DNA of 64,000 nucleotides from NCBI RefSeq assembly GCF_963676685.1, contig NC_092354.1, forward strand, positions 47,864,001 to 47,928,000, in the 5' to 3' direction. Below the pieces are notes generated by a model that worked only from the letters and a program-made list of their open reading frames with translations, did not search any database and was not told the origin of the DNA. A program made the position numbers and the translations under genes. Positions within the stretch are counted from its first letter, which is position 1. Each line of letters starts with the position of its first letter. This stretch comes from Mytilus edulis. Taxonomy: Eukaryota. This document shows positions 36,561-51,289 of this stretch, in pieces.

Positions 36561-38638
36561 ACTATTTACCTCGAGTACTTGTCGCCTACATTATTATGAT
36601 TATTTGTATATATGCAGTGTACTAGTATATAAAAAAGTAAACAGGGACAGTATATTATTTACAGTATATTATATTATATATATATGATATAGACTGTTCC
36701 TGACATACGGAATACATTAACTCTAAACGGTTTTGACAATTCAATGATGCCTTTTAACCATTTCGGTTTTATCGCCTCATCAAATTTAAGATAAGGTTTG
36801 AATTTCAAATATTTAGGCCTCGAGCATCACTGACAGGGAACTTTTAAAAATTAGCGAAAAATGGCGAAAAACGAATCTGATGCACTGAAGTTTGAACTAA
36901 TTGTTTTATAATACATATATAATATTTAATTTAATTTAAAAGATCCTGAACAACATGTACAGACGTTAATGCATGGGTGATTTGGGGGCCGGGGTTATTT
37001 ATACAACACATAAATGAAACTGTACATATGTTTATCACCGGCATTATTGTTTAATTTGCGAGATGATGCATGTTATATATACCCCCCTTTTTTTTCCCTT
37101 GATCCGCCTATGCCAGGTCACAACTCTTCATCGAAGAAACAATTTTTAAAAGTAAACCATTATAGGTCATGATACGGTCGTCAATACAGAGCCTTGGCTT
37201 ACACCGCACAGCAAGCTATAAAGGGTTCCAAACATTACTAGTGCAAAACTATCCAAACGAAAATAAACAACGATCTAATCTATATAAATAAAAACGATAA
37301 AGGAGAAGCACTTATGAACCACATCAACAAACGACAACTATTGAATATCAGATTCCTGACTTAGGACAGGTGCAAAATTATGTATGTTTATTAAAGTGTC
37401 ATGTCATGTTGATTATTTTAATACGAGTTAGTTTATCAAACAAACTGCATTTTATTTTGACATATAAACGTAAAAGTAATGTATATATAGATCATATAAA
37501 TTATTTACTTTGTTTACATATTTTGTTAATAATTTTAATTTGTAAAAGTACGTATGTCAGTAATGTCAAAAGATTAATATATATATGGTACCTGATAAAA
37601 AAAAACCACAAAATGTCTAGTGTGTCATAAAAATTATTTTGAAAATTCATCTTCGGGAACATTATAAATCCATTTAAAATGAAAAACGGAATTATGGATC
37701 GTTAAAGCGAAAAATGCTTGTCAACTATTACCAAGAGTAGCAGAATCACTGATCAGAAACATTGACTGACAATATTTTATCCGCTGTATAATCAAGTGTA
37801 ATGTTCTTATACGAATGCTTATAATATATCATCAACTACCATTATATAAAACCATACATTAATTCAATGTCAAAATAGTTAGTTTACTTCCGCATCATGG
37901 TCACGTGATAGGTTTTTGAGGTGTCTGTGCATTCACTGATATAATACTAGAGATGACGATATGATTGTATCTGTTATTTCCAGTGTTACTGTCGTTACCG
38001 TATATCCCTTTTATATTATATTTTCAGTGTAACCGATAACCGAATTGTTTTAAAGCAAACTCTGTTATAAACAAACCAAAAAAAAAAAAAAAACAAACTT
38101 GAAGCTTAAATTTGCTTAGCCAAGTTAATCCTAAATAGTTATTTTTGCTTGGATACATAGATCTTTAACTGTTCTAGTAATTGGCTTTTTCATATCCGGC
38201 TTTGAACGTTTTTCGTGAGAGTTTTTCGTAACGAAAAAGCATGAAATTGGTGTTTCACGACAAAAAACCGTATTGTGGTATAAAAGAACTTGATTGCCTG
38301 ACAGATAATCAATGAAATAAAAAAAATCGAAAAGGATATCCAATGTATTATGTGAGTAATGCTGAATGTATTTAAACGATTGAGCAAAGATTTTATAACT
38401 GGAAGTTTGAATAGGTTGTATAACCGCTGTTGTTTTTCAGTTTGTAGGTCAGTTCAAAAACATATCTTCCAGGTATTCCTGAATTGTAAGTTAATTTTGC
38501 CATACACTGATTAACATTTTATTGCTTGGATAATATGACATCAATTTATTGTTCTGTAATCTAAAAATTAAACTACAATATTATTGTTTAATCGACATTT
38601 TTTGAAATTTTTTCTCGATTCTTAATTAACTTTCATAG

Positions 38639-38928
38639 AACAAGAATGTGTCCTCAGTACACGAATGCCCCACTCGCACTATCATTTTCTATGTTCAGTG
38701 GACCGTGAAATTGGGGTAAAATCTCTAATTTGGCATTAAAATTAGAAAGATCATATCATAGGGAACATGTGTACCAAGTTCGAAGTCGATTGGACTTCAA
38801 CTTCATCAAAAACTACCTCGACCAAAAACTTTAACCTGAAGCGGGACAGACGGACGAACGAACGGACGAACGGACGCACAGACCAGAAAACATAATGCCC
38901 CTCTACTATCGTAGGTGGGGCATAAAAA
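38639..38928 (-). mobile_element. HINE-like element, same family, single core repeat
   Basis: Reverse complement of the 24164-24627 family, including the (gacg/gaac)n microsatellite. Confidence 0.8.
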
Positions 38929-39433
38929 CAAGAGCAAATTCTTTATAATATAAAGAAGAATCTTAATTGACAGCTTGGTGTAAAAAAAAAACCCATAATT
39001 AATCGGCAGTATGGAAAATAATTCGCAGGAATTTTTCAGGATGAAGTAAAATATATTAAATTAAATCTGCTACATGTGAAAAGACATATAAATTCACTGT
39101 TCTGATCTTTGGTAACGTCAAAAATGTGTTTCAATGGCACTGCTGTTTTACATATCATAGAAATACATTTGTTGATGTAAACACATCGTTCATCTTAAAG
39201 ATCGTACTATTGTTTAATTTTGTCTTAATGCTATATTTAAAAAAAATTGACCAAAAAATTCGATCTTTGGCAATGGTTTTGAGACAACTTTTCTATAACT
39301 GTTTTCCATATTTCTGTAAACATATATTGTGTGTCCTCAACTATCAAGTCAGAGTATGGACCTTTTTATAATTTTTAAGGAACACGATTGACACACATGC
39401 TATTGATCTATATACATGAAATTGCTTTTGTAA

Positions 39434-39712
39434 TTTTATGCTCCACTTACGATAGTAGAGGGGCATTATGTTTCTGGTCTGTGCGTCCGTTTATTTGTCC
39501 GTCTGTTCCGCTTTATGTTAAAGCGATTGGACAAGGTCGTTTTTGGATGAAGTTGGAGTCCAATCAACTTGACACTTTATACATATGTTCCCCTTGATAT
39601 GATCTTCCTAATTTTAATTACAAATTCGGGGTTTTACCCCAATTTCACGGTCCACTGAACATAAAAAATGATAGAGCGAATGGGGCATTCGTGTACTATG
39701 GACACATTCTTG
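39434..39712 (+). mobile_element. HINE-like element, same family, more diverged
   Basis: ttttatgctccacttacgatagtagaggggcattatg...ggacacattcttg. Confidence 0.75.
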
Positions 39713-41129
39713 ATTTGTAATATTCTCTTACTATCCCACAAGGCCAATTATATTATTAAAACTAAACGTCATGTACAAGACAAATCGTATACATGTATGC
39801 ATTGTGTTCTACTATGTGATATCATTTTGTTATCAATAACAAAAACGTCTATAAAACCAAAGTGTTCATTTAGACGTATCAATTGCAAATGCATGAACCT
39901 GATATCTTAACTGATTTTTTTTAAATCAAATACACAAAAAAACATATATACGATCTGATTCGTTATAATCCTGGTACCTTTGATAACTATCATTACGGCG
40001 ACTATATCAAGTATGAAGCAATACATTAATTCGTAGTTATTCAACGTTTGAGATAAACAACTATAGAATAAAGAATCAGAAATCGAAAAGTGACTGATAT
40101 AATTATGAACATCAAATGTTAAACACTATAAAGTACTGCATGGAAAAAAGCAAGAGAAATTGAAAAGAAAATCGGCTTCTCTTCTAATTAGTTTTCAATT
40201 TATTGTATGAGAGCAAATTCAAAATTAATGTATTACATGTTAGCTTCCCCTGATCATGAGGCTTTCATGCAGTAAACATTTTCACCAAAAGCATATTTCT
40301 TTGTACTGGTTTGTAGAAAAAGAAAGCAAATTCTAGCGCTTTGACACAAATTCCGATACTTTTATCAGACGATTGTAATCTTTAAAAACAGAAATATGTC
40401 AGTATCAACCATGATAACTTTGAGAGCTCTTATATTTGATGTGTTTCATCAGTTTTAGTTTGTAACCCGGATTTTTTTTTCTCAATAGATTTAGGAATTT
40501 CAAACAGCGGTATACTTCTGGTGCCTGTATTTGTGTAAATGAAAACTAGGTCTTCAAAAGCATCGACACAAAGAAACGCATTGCATCGCAATTGTTCAAA
40601 TGATGATAACAATTTCTGAAGAAAACAATTGACTTTATTGCATTTGCTCTCGTCGAACCTTTTGAAGAATAAATGATTTCAATAAATGTTTATTTTAGGA
40701 ATATCCAATTAATGGTACTACCATATGCGAATTTCAAACGTTTATTGTCAAGTTTACAATTGAAATAGCATTTTTAATTATTAATCCGACTTCAAACAAT
40801 GAAATAATTGAAAAACAGAATTTTGTGTTGTCAAGAGTAAAACACACTTCTATTTATGATACAATATGGCAAATACAGGATCTGCGTATGTTCTCAAATG
40901 GTATTCTATATTTTATGCCCACTTAGATCTATCAGGATGTGTTATTTAATCAGAACATTTCCTTGCAATATTTCTTGAAAAGATGTATCTGTTTTTATTT
41001 GACGTTTGTCTTTATTATGGTTTCGCCATTAGCTAAGTGAAAAGGAAGAACAATCCTTTTCAAAAGAAAAACCATAAAAAAAAACAAGGAGAAAGAAACG
41101 CATATTTCTGATTTGGTACAGGCATTTGA

Positions 41130-41412
41130 CAGCTGTACCCATATTTTGACTATTTTATTTATTATGTCTGTTCATGCATCATTGTATATATAACGAAATT
41201 TGGTGAGACTGTCACCAAAGTGAGAGGTTTAGCGCTATAAAACCAGGTTAAATCCACCATTTTCTACATTTGAAAATGCCTGTACCAAGTCAAGAATATG
41301 ACAGTTCTTGTCCATTCGTTTTTGATGTGTATTGTCATTTGATTTTGCCATGTGATTAAGAACTTTTCGATTAGATTTTCCTAAGCGTTCAGTATTTTTG
41401 TGATTTTACTTT
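41130..41412. mobile_element. Interspersed repeat; inverted diverged copy near 28900-29105
   Basis: Shared aaaccaggt...ccaccattt...aatgcctgtac...gaatatg.cagtt. Confidence 0.6.
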
Positions 41413-42782
41413 TTTCTTATTCTTATGTAGAAAAACAATCTCTATAAAATACTTGTAGCTTTAATACAAAAAGTTGTTGTAGATATGTATACATTTGCCT
41501 ATACACATATTGCACCGGTCGTAGTTATATTGGCAAGGAAAAATCAACTTATAAGAAGCGAGTTCGCTGGAGTAAAACCTATAAAAAGATTCCTGTTATC
41601 GTTTAAATAATATAGTAGTCGTATCTGTAAAACTAATGTTAAACTGAATCAAAGCAATTCATTCCATTTTAACATTGGAAACCCGCTGTTTACTTAATTC
41701 GGTGTTATACTCCGTTTAATATTAGCACACCTATAGTAAGTTATATTCTACAATTACAAATTTAGAATAAGTTTATTATTCTTTAGATGCTGATGCTGGT
41801 TATGAAAGCAAATGAATTCCTGGCAAATATCAAAGATTTTATAACAGATAACAAATGAGACCAATATGATTTTTTTTTTCAATTTATTTTCAGCTGACAA
41901 CTACCATGATAATTAAATAAGCATATCAATTTGGAACCTGTTATTGGGTTAAAATGGAGGATCTTATAGGATTATGTAGAATTAATTTAACGAGAAATGA
42001 TGCAATATTTCGTAATTTGGTATATTGTGTATATTGTGTTCCATCATAGTGAAGTAAAACCAAACATTTCTTCAAACTCATTACTTGAAAGAAATTGAAA
42101 TGTGAATTGCGGTAATTTTATAACGAGAAGTCCAAATTTCAATTTTTAAAGTTATTTTTTGTCAATTTTTGCATTTCTTTTGTAACATTATTGTATTATT
42201 AAAAACTTATCTTTTCCAAAAGAGGTAGTTGAAATTGTTTCGAAATATAAATAAAGTGCTTCAAAATCAAATTTAAAAGAACAATTCATTAAATTTTTAA
42301 ATAATTTCTGCTAACATGAATTAGTTCTACTTTTGTTTTAGCTCATTATAAGAATTTGAGGGACCTAATACGATAAAATAACATTGATCACAAATCGTTC
42401 TTCCACAATTTAAAATAACTCATTTAGTTTGAACATTTACATTTGTTTAACGTCAATATGCGATTTGGGAAAAAATAAAATTCAACGATGTAAAGCATTA
42501 AATTCAAAACATTTTCACTTCACCTCAAAAGATGATGACTTTCTTTCATTTGAATTTGAACACTACGACGGGTTCATATTTATACATTTAAAAATATGAA
42601 CACTGGGGAAATGTTGAGATACACACACTAACTTTTGCTCCATTGGTTGTTTATTGGTATTAGACTAAGTCACGCCGATGGTGTTTGTTTTGTTTTCCTT
42701 GACGAAGGCAATCTGTGAATATTTTCGCCCTTTTGTCACTCATAAATATTTGTCTAATTAGTAATCAAACGCGTATTCTAAT

Positions 42783-43003
42783 TACTGTAAACAAACTTAT
42801 TTTCGCGAGCGATTTATTTTCGCGACTTTCACGAGTAGAAAATTAACGCGAATATAAATCGTCGCGAATATGTAAAACTCAGATCTTTCATTATTAAACT
42901 ATATCCAAAAATTAGAAAATCGCGAAATTAAATAGCTGCGAAATAGTTTACAAAGGGTAAAACGCGAAATAAAGTATCCGCGAAAATAAGTTGGTTTACA
43001 GTA
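42783..43003. mobile_element. TA-flanked MITE (tactgtaaac family)
   Basis: TIR tactgtaaacaaacttattttcgcg / cgcgaaaataagttggtttacagta with repeated ttcgcg/cgcgaa motifs. Confidence 0.85.
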
Positions 43004-46000
43004 TTAGGAATAGTATTGTCTGATGTTATCCTGTTATCAGTGTGTTAATGCAAACAAGGCATCACACAAATTCTTATACAGGACATTATGGAACAAAATT
43101 TCTTCTAAAAATGTCAATGATAACCCAATTTGACAACAAAAGTGTAATCACTAAGATTAGTATGTGTTTACTGTCAATTTAAATTAAATAAGCCAAAAAA
43201 ACAAAAAACAAACCCGAAATATTCAAATCTCTTTCATTTGTCATATACATGTTCCAGTGCTTACGGTACATAAACAATTTTTAAGAGATCATTATCTATG
43301 TTGAACATAAAATTCTCATTTGGAAATATAACTATAGCAAATGTCCTCATTGAAGATGATAATTTGAAAATAAATCAGTATTAACCGTTTGATTTCTCGA
43401 AATGTTACCAATATAGAAGTTAATTGGGTTTTTAATTAGAACAGATGTTCCATAAGAAGAAATGTAATGTTGTCTGTAAGTCTGCAATTATCTATCAGAT
43501 TATTTTCGTATCTTAGTAAAAATATCCTCAGTATTCATTCGAAATCATATCTACTGTTTGGATAAAATATTTAAAAGACCTTTATAAAGTTTAAGTTATC
43601 AAACTGTGTTTGACAAGACTGCTATACAAGATATTTTGCTGTTATTAATATGAAGCTTAGCAGTAAAAAAAACCCTTTTTTTTTCAATTGCGCTGAATGT
43701 AATGACTTTCCAATTATATGAAAATAGATGACATAGTGTTCTGAATATAAATATGTTAATCTCTATTTTGTTGTTAACATTCGATAGTACGTGTTCTGAT
43801 ATTGAGCATGACATAAAATTATTAACTGTGTGCATACTTTGAATCAAATAACCCATACATAATGCCTATAAATCTACAATATCTGAACAACTTGGCCTCA
43901 AATTGTTTGCTGAGCATTCCTGATGAAGGAAAATCCCGAAACGGACTTCGGACATATACAATTTATAAAGTAGTGTTGTCTAAAATTCATTTAAAAGAAA
44001 ATTAACAATCATATCAATTTGGATTCATTAATAGTGCGTTTCTGCTGATAATTCAATAAAGTTTAACATGTTTAACAAGTAACGTTCTAAGTCTAGACGA
44101 ACATCATGTATATGTTACGTTACATGGAAATTTAATAATTAGTAATAAGAGTTGTATGCTTGTAATTATAATAACGTTTTTACTCGCTGTACGTTATTAA
44201 CAACATTTCTTTAATAAACATCAAAGATCATGGTATTTTTTGTGTAACAACCTGAACTACAAGATAACAATTGCAATACTATATATCTTTTTAGAATAAT
44301 TAATGATATTTTCACATTAGAAATTGAAGCCAAAGATAATAGCACGCAACATTAAAGTACATATATCTACTATGCTGTAGGACGATTTATGGTTACATAA
44401 CTATTAATTTTGCATTTAAGGCTGTCGTTAGGAAGTCAGTAAAACATGCAGCTTTTATAACAATTGAAAGATTAGTTGACCCTTTTAATAGCAGCTTGAA
44501 TGATTAATAATTTCATGATTAAAACTGATACGTTTTTAAATTGTTGACACAAAGAAAACTTGATAGGTTTTATCAACGATTGGTATATAAGGTATAACGA
44601 AAACTGGCAAAAATACATTACCATGCGCACTCACATGCTCGTAAGATCTCAGCCTCCCTTAACTTGCAACATAACTCGCAGGTACGGAAAGCTAGTACAA
44701 TTGGGCTGTCCAGCAGGTGCTGAAGCTAGTGGGTTCAAATAAATTAACATATTCAGGTATACGAATTAACAGCCTACTTTTCAGAAATGATCAAGACTGT
44801 TGATCTTGGGATCCGAACTACTTCTTAGCAAAATAACTAAAAACAAACACAGGGAACATATACGTATAACTTTTTTATTATTATTCCAAGAGATTTTAAG
44901 ATTTCAGCTAACTAAAACAACGCTTTACAAATTTCATCAGTTTAAAAGCTACGAAATAATAATGCACGAAATAATATTTCCACGTTTCGAGCAAACAATT
45001 CACGAGTTCACGAAATTTGTATTTGTACATACTTAATTGAAATTAGAAGGAAGCTACAGTAGGCCATTAAATATTTTTTTTTATAGCTAGGTATGCAACC
45101 GAAATGTCAAAACTTTGCTATTTCAACATAATATGAATGTAAAATTGGAAAATATATTGTATATTATTTAATACATGTTATTGAAAATAGAATAATTGAT
45201 TGCAAAAATGAAGATATACATTTATGACTAAATAAGATTACAACTCCTCACGATATATTTAATAAGTGTATCACTAAAGTGTAAAAGTAGTTTATTTGAG
45301 TGCAGCACAAATCTTTAATCGGTGTCGATAAAAGTTAAAAGGATAATAAAAACGTCAAAAGAATTGTGCTTCTTGGCATCTTTTTATAGTGAAGATTCAA
45401 AACCATTATTTGACACTAAAGCCAGTACAAATGCTTGAAAGTTTATTGAAGGTACTTAAATAAGAACATAGGATGCGGTACATTCAATTTAGATCACTGA
45501 CTAAAAGTCAAAACTTGCTTGTTTTATACAACTTAAATCTGTCTGACATATTAATTCATAATAAAACCAGAACCATTTTTTCAATTAATATTAAAACTAA
45601 GCATTTGTGGTTTAAAATGCAGTACTTATAAACTTGCAAAATTAATGTGTTTTAAAACTGATCAGTTCCTTTTTATTGATTTCATGTCTTCTAACGCTCA
45701 TGGTGCCTTGTAGTAAACCATTTCAAACGTGTAAAAAGCTTTACGATTTTCGGAAGCGGATATCTGGACCTGTTTCATACAGCACTTTGTGTTATCTGAT
45801 GCATTTTAATTGGAAAATATTTTATAATGAACATTTAAAAAATCCTCAATTACAATGAAGAGAAAGAAAGAAAATAATGTGGCTGAAAACCTCCTTAAAT
45901 TTATTTTTATAATAACAGTTCATAGTATTAAACAATGGAAGAATAAAGACAAAGAAATGAACTTAATGTAATTATAAAAGTTTATGAAACTAAACAATAT

Positions 46001-48289
46001 TTGCATTTTCAGAATTTATGTCTTTTGTAATGTTTGTACATAAATGGCATTTGTATATTATTGTGAAAAAAAATTCGTTTTTTAAATAAATTAATTAATT
46101 TGTAGCCGCACGCTTTTTAAACATGAAATTGCAATAAAGGTTATTTTGGATGGTGTAAATATCCTGTGTAAAGTGTATGGTGCAAAGGTGTACCGTATAT
46201 GGTGTTATAGCACATGGTGTATTGTGTAATGGTGTATGGTGTTAGTGGGAAGTTTACACCACATAAGGACTGTATCTCGGTAAAGACACCAATACTCGTA
46301 AATGAAATGGTCATAATAAATGAACATTTCTTTCACAACTAAGCATTACGATTACAACATTTATGTTTTCCTTCTATAGTCAGAATAAATGGCTAACTGT
46401 AATATCTTTACGGTGTATGTATCATCTGACCATCATTGGTCTTTTTTCATTTTTTGTCATGGCATTGTCACTATATTTTCTTAATTATGAGTTTGAACCT
46501 CCGTGTTGTATCGTTCACCTTTAAAAAAAAAAAAAATAATAATAGAAAAATTATAACGCCAATTGAACAGTGACTTTCCGTCTAGAATCTTCCTCGGAGT
46601 TCGGTATTTTTTACTTTTTCTAATTTCCCTTTTTGAATTGATATTTAAACTAAGGACATTAGTATCTAATATTTTAGGGAGACATTGTTACTCAACCTTC
46701 TGGTATTAAGTTTTGACATAGTACAATGCTGTATTCAATTGGTCCAAACTCTTTGTTAATTACTTGCGCCTTTCCTTTAAATTATTTTCCCCGAAGACAA
46801 ATACATGTCTATATCAAGGATATATATGTTTGTATTTAAAGAAAAGTTGGCAGGAAGTAGCATGCTTTTAAATTAACATGTTTCGCTCACTTTTAATTCT
46901 TTCTTAAAGTTTGATTTGTCTGTTACTAGTTTCGTTTTACTCAATTTCAATTATTTAAAAATATAAAACGATCGAAAACGTATAAAATGTTTTGTAATTA
47001 CGACAGCTTGGAATGAGCATCATAAGCATCGTCAAAACATATTTTTAAATAGTATGTTCATATCAATTCATATTTTGACTTTTGTTGCCATTGTTACATG
47101 TACCATTATTAATAAACCTACGAAATTTACGTGATGTATCCACTTTATTGACAAATTAGGTTAAAAATCAAAACAGAACTAATAAATTTAAATTTGAAAA
47201 AGCTTTAAATTATAATGAAATGTTTCTTTATTTTCAAATCCTAAACAACAGCGTAAAATATAAAAGACGACAATATTGAAAAAGAATCAGTTCGTATGTA
47301 AAATGTTGCCTTGAACATTTATAATAGAATTGCACTTTAATGTTTCGTGATATTTTCTTCAGCTTCAATCCACCACGTTTAAATGCTTTTAATTATTCTA
47401 AAAAGCAAAATAATATTAATTTAGTTATATTAAAAGTGCATACCATTACACAAAACAATCCATGATCTTTGATGTTAATTTACCGCACTGTTGTATTTAA
47501 TGTTCAGTAAGTTAATAGCCAATTACAATAACGACATAAGAATGATGTTTTATAGAAAACATGCGACCTCATTTTTTTCCTGTGACGTTAGATATAAATG
47601 ATTTTCACATAAAATAACAAGTATAAGCGTCTCTTATTATATTTGATGAATTCAGAAAGCTAAAAGTGTATAATTTTGGTCACTTTTTTTAAATTTTAGA
47701 AACAGCATCTCATAGCTAGTAACATTTTACATAAGACACTTGTACAACATCATTTCAAAACTTGATATTTTTATTGGAATGTGTGAGACTTTATCAAAAC
47801 AGTAGATATAATATTCGCTCACAAATATGGAGAAAGTAATGTTTATAAACATGTCTTTTTGAGTACTTAGTTATGATAGAGTTGACCCCTTAGTTTTACA
47901 TATTGCTGATCGTGAACATTTATCAAGAAAACATCATTGCCGTTATTAGGCATATACCTTATCTCAAAACTTAACTGACTGATAGATACAGATTTGCAGA
48001 AAACATCATAATTTGTATGATGAATCATCTATACTAATTAATGACCAAATAAACGTCTTTCATTATTACATTATTAACTCACGGTTTAATAATGATGTAT
48101 TTTTAAATTATCTGGAATGGAAACTTTTACTAAAGATATATTTCCGAATGACAATTTTATGTTTAATTTGAATTACGATGTCTTGAAAATTATTAACGAC
48201 TCTTTTGCACCAAAAGGCAGTTATAAGCAATTTCTGCATTTTATGATTTACTTACGTGAACGCATCAAAGAAGTAATGGCATAATTTAA

Positions 48290-48516
48290 AGGGGGTCTCA
48301 TTGGGGGGTTCCGATCCCGGATCCCGCTTACTGTTTTGTCAGATTCCCGTATCCCGCTTACACTATGTACGTAAGCAATTCTCATTTTTTTGTCATTTCC
48401 CAAGTCCCGCTAGACCTCATTTCCCGTTTTCACGACACAATATTTTGACTTTCACGTGTCACGCTTACAAAAAATTGGCAATCCCGCATCACGCTTAGAC
48501 CCCAATGAGACCCACT
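48290..48516. mobile_element. TTAA-flanked MITE (Kolobok-like)
   Basis: ttaa|agggggtctcattgggg...ccccaatgagacccact|ttaa. Confidence 0.8.
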
Positions 48517-51072
48517 TTAAAGTTTAGTTTTACATCTTGTGTGTAAACGTAAACATTTATCGAGAAAACAGAATTACCGTTATTATACATATACAATTAA
48601 AACATCCGTGGATTAATAGACACAGCATTTTTACGAACTCCTTCATCGGGTACACTGGAACCTTATGTATTTTAAGTCAAATAGAAAAAGGTTCATGGGC
48701 TTAAAAACAAAACAAAAACTTAAACATATCAAAATCTTTTAAAACCTATTTTGTGTGAGGCACATAATATTCTTGCAACCAAAGTTTAAATGATATATCT
48801 AAACATATATAGTAAACATTGAATCTGATATGTTAGATAAATCATTCAAAAGGTCTTCTTAGCAAGATGTTCATAAACTGTATTTCGTATGATGAGGACA
48901 TTGAAAAACCGTATGATTAGGACATTGAAGAAACAATGATTATTCAAGAAATTCATAGACATAAATAGTCACAAAAACGATTAAAGTGAAAAAAATCCGG
49001 GTTACAACCCAAAACCAAGGGATACACATCGACTAGTTTAAGTTTTAAACATATTTATTCCTATAGTGGATTGGGTAACAAGTTTTGCAACTTATATTAA
49101 TCCCTTTCAACTTTGCAGGTGAAAACCGAAACACTGAAACACTGAACTGCTACACAACCAAACTCCAAAATACATCAGAAGGGACGGGGCTATATCATAG
49201 AAACTTTCACATAGGATATTTTAGGAAAAATGGTAAGTTGAACTTATTTTATGGCTAGACAGACCTTCCAAAGGAGCAAAACTAATTCATGTATATCCAA
49301 TTATTTCTCTTGTCTGAATAAATATAACATTTGTGCCTCTTTGTTGAATACTATTGTTAATCTCAACTTATCTTTGTGAAAATGGTAATGTAAATTACAG
49401 AAACATAATAGTAATTTTTGTACTTCTAAGCTTTGATTTTTTTTGTCTATAAATTTGTTTTGTTTTATATATGACTAATTGTACTTTTATGATTGAAGTA
49501 TGTATGTAACAGAATGTTTCAGCTACAGATAATGCAGATAATGCAGTTAATATTTCAATTTTGTAATAAAAAACTGAGTTTACCAATTATGCATAGAGTG
49601 TAAAGAGACATTTCACACAATTCAATATGATAAAACACACAATATACCGAATTATGAAAGATTGCCTTATCACTGAGTTAAACAATTGTACAAAATCCTT
49701 TAATTTTCCTAGTTATTACCAAGATTACCGAATACCAGGTTCTAAATTGATATGTTTATTTAGGTATCATGGCAATTTCAAACTGGAAATAAATCGTTTT
49801 TAATTATTCAGTTTGATTAGACTTTTCTTTTGTGTTTGTTATTGCAAAATAAAAATGACTAATTGTATGCAGGCAATGATTTTTTAACATTGTTTACTAG
49901 ACTAAATCTTGAGTAAAACAGTATTTTTTTCTCCAAAAAGTACAGAATAGACGATCTACCCTGTTAGTTTAGAAATGAACAGTACCTGTCAAGTTTAATA
50001 ATTCATATGTGTAAAAAATGTACTAAATTTTGTTTCAAGGAAGGTGAAACGAAACTTAATCTAGAACATACATATGTATAATCACAAATGTATGCTTAAG
50101 AACGAATTGTAATTAAGTGATAACATTGCATAGGATTCCATTGTTTGTCGTTGTGTCACGGTTGTACTTTCCTATGTATTTCGATGATGCTTTATCTACT
50201 CTCAGGCATAAATGATCATAACAAAATTTTGCATTACATTCAGGAACTGTCGATGTTCAATTCAAGTCAACTACGTTATTATATTGGCATAAAAAAAGCT
50301 GTTGTAAGAGAGAAAAATCACGAGTCTGGATTAACAGCATGTCTGGCATACTTTATCACTATCTGGCATCGTTAATGAGCCTTGAGTTATTGATTATCAA
50401 ATTAATACTATATTGGAATTTATGAAAATGTGTTTTTGACAGGGGTTGAGGAATATATGGCATACATTTTGATAGTAGAAATAATAAAATTGACTAGTTC
50501 CTTATTTGTCAATACGTGTAGCAGAACATTCGGACTCTAGTGTCACAGAACACACATCATGGTTTAAAACAATTTTGTCAATACGTGTAGCAGAACAGTC
50601 GGACTTCAATGTTAGAGAAGACACATCGTGGTTTTAAAACATATCTTTATCATGCGTGTAGCATTAGTATTTGCACAACAATTCTTTTGCATGAATGTGA
50701 AGTCTATTTGGTTGTAATGAACATCTTTTATGTGAGAGTACAACATCCTAAATATACACGTTAACGTATAGGGTAAACAATCATTTTAAGAATTCGTTTT
50801 AGTATACATCCCACTGAACTTAGAATGAAGGTACAACAATACAGTTATATGCACATGTAGCTCCTATAACTTATTCTAACCATTTCGACGAAAGAAACGT
50901 TTAATTATTCTTAAATGATTTTGGCAAACAATGGAGCAGGTCTTACAAATGGATTGTTTTCCTTGTTAAAGATATGCCAGGTTGTCCTTCAAATTATTTG
51001 AAACCAGATTTCTAATTTATATGTGTCGGATACGTTTTGTTGATACTCCTACCGATGTTACTATAATTCAAG

Positions 51073-51289
51073 TACTGTGGATTCATTTAATTTCGTGGTA
51101 ATCAATGTTCGTGGATTTAGAAAATCTTGAATTTTAGTAATATTTGATTTCGTAGTTTTGAAAAACTCTACATGCACAGCCTATAGAAAATTTGTAATTC
51201 GTTGAACATCTGAATTCGTTGTGCACTTGAACCACGAAATCCACGAAAAATTATATCCAAGGAATAATGAAAATGATAAATCCACAGTA
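51073..51289. mobile_element. TA-flanked MITE, same family as 1494-1705
   Basis: tactgtggattcattt...ccacgaaatccacgaaaa...atccacagta. Confidence 0.8.

Noticed and set aside
44560-44756. GC-richer island with a 60-aa ORF
   Set aside because: No recognisable domain, convincing splice pair or partner exons.
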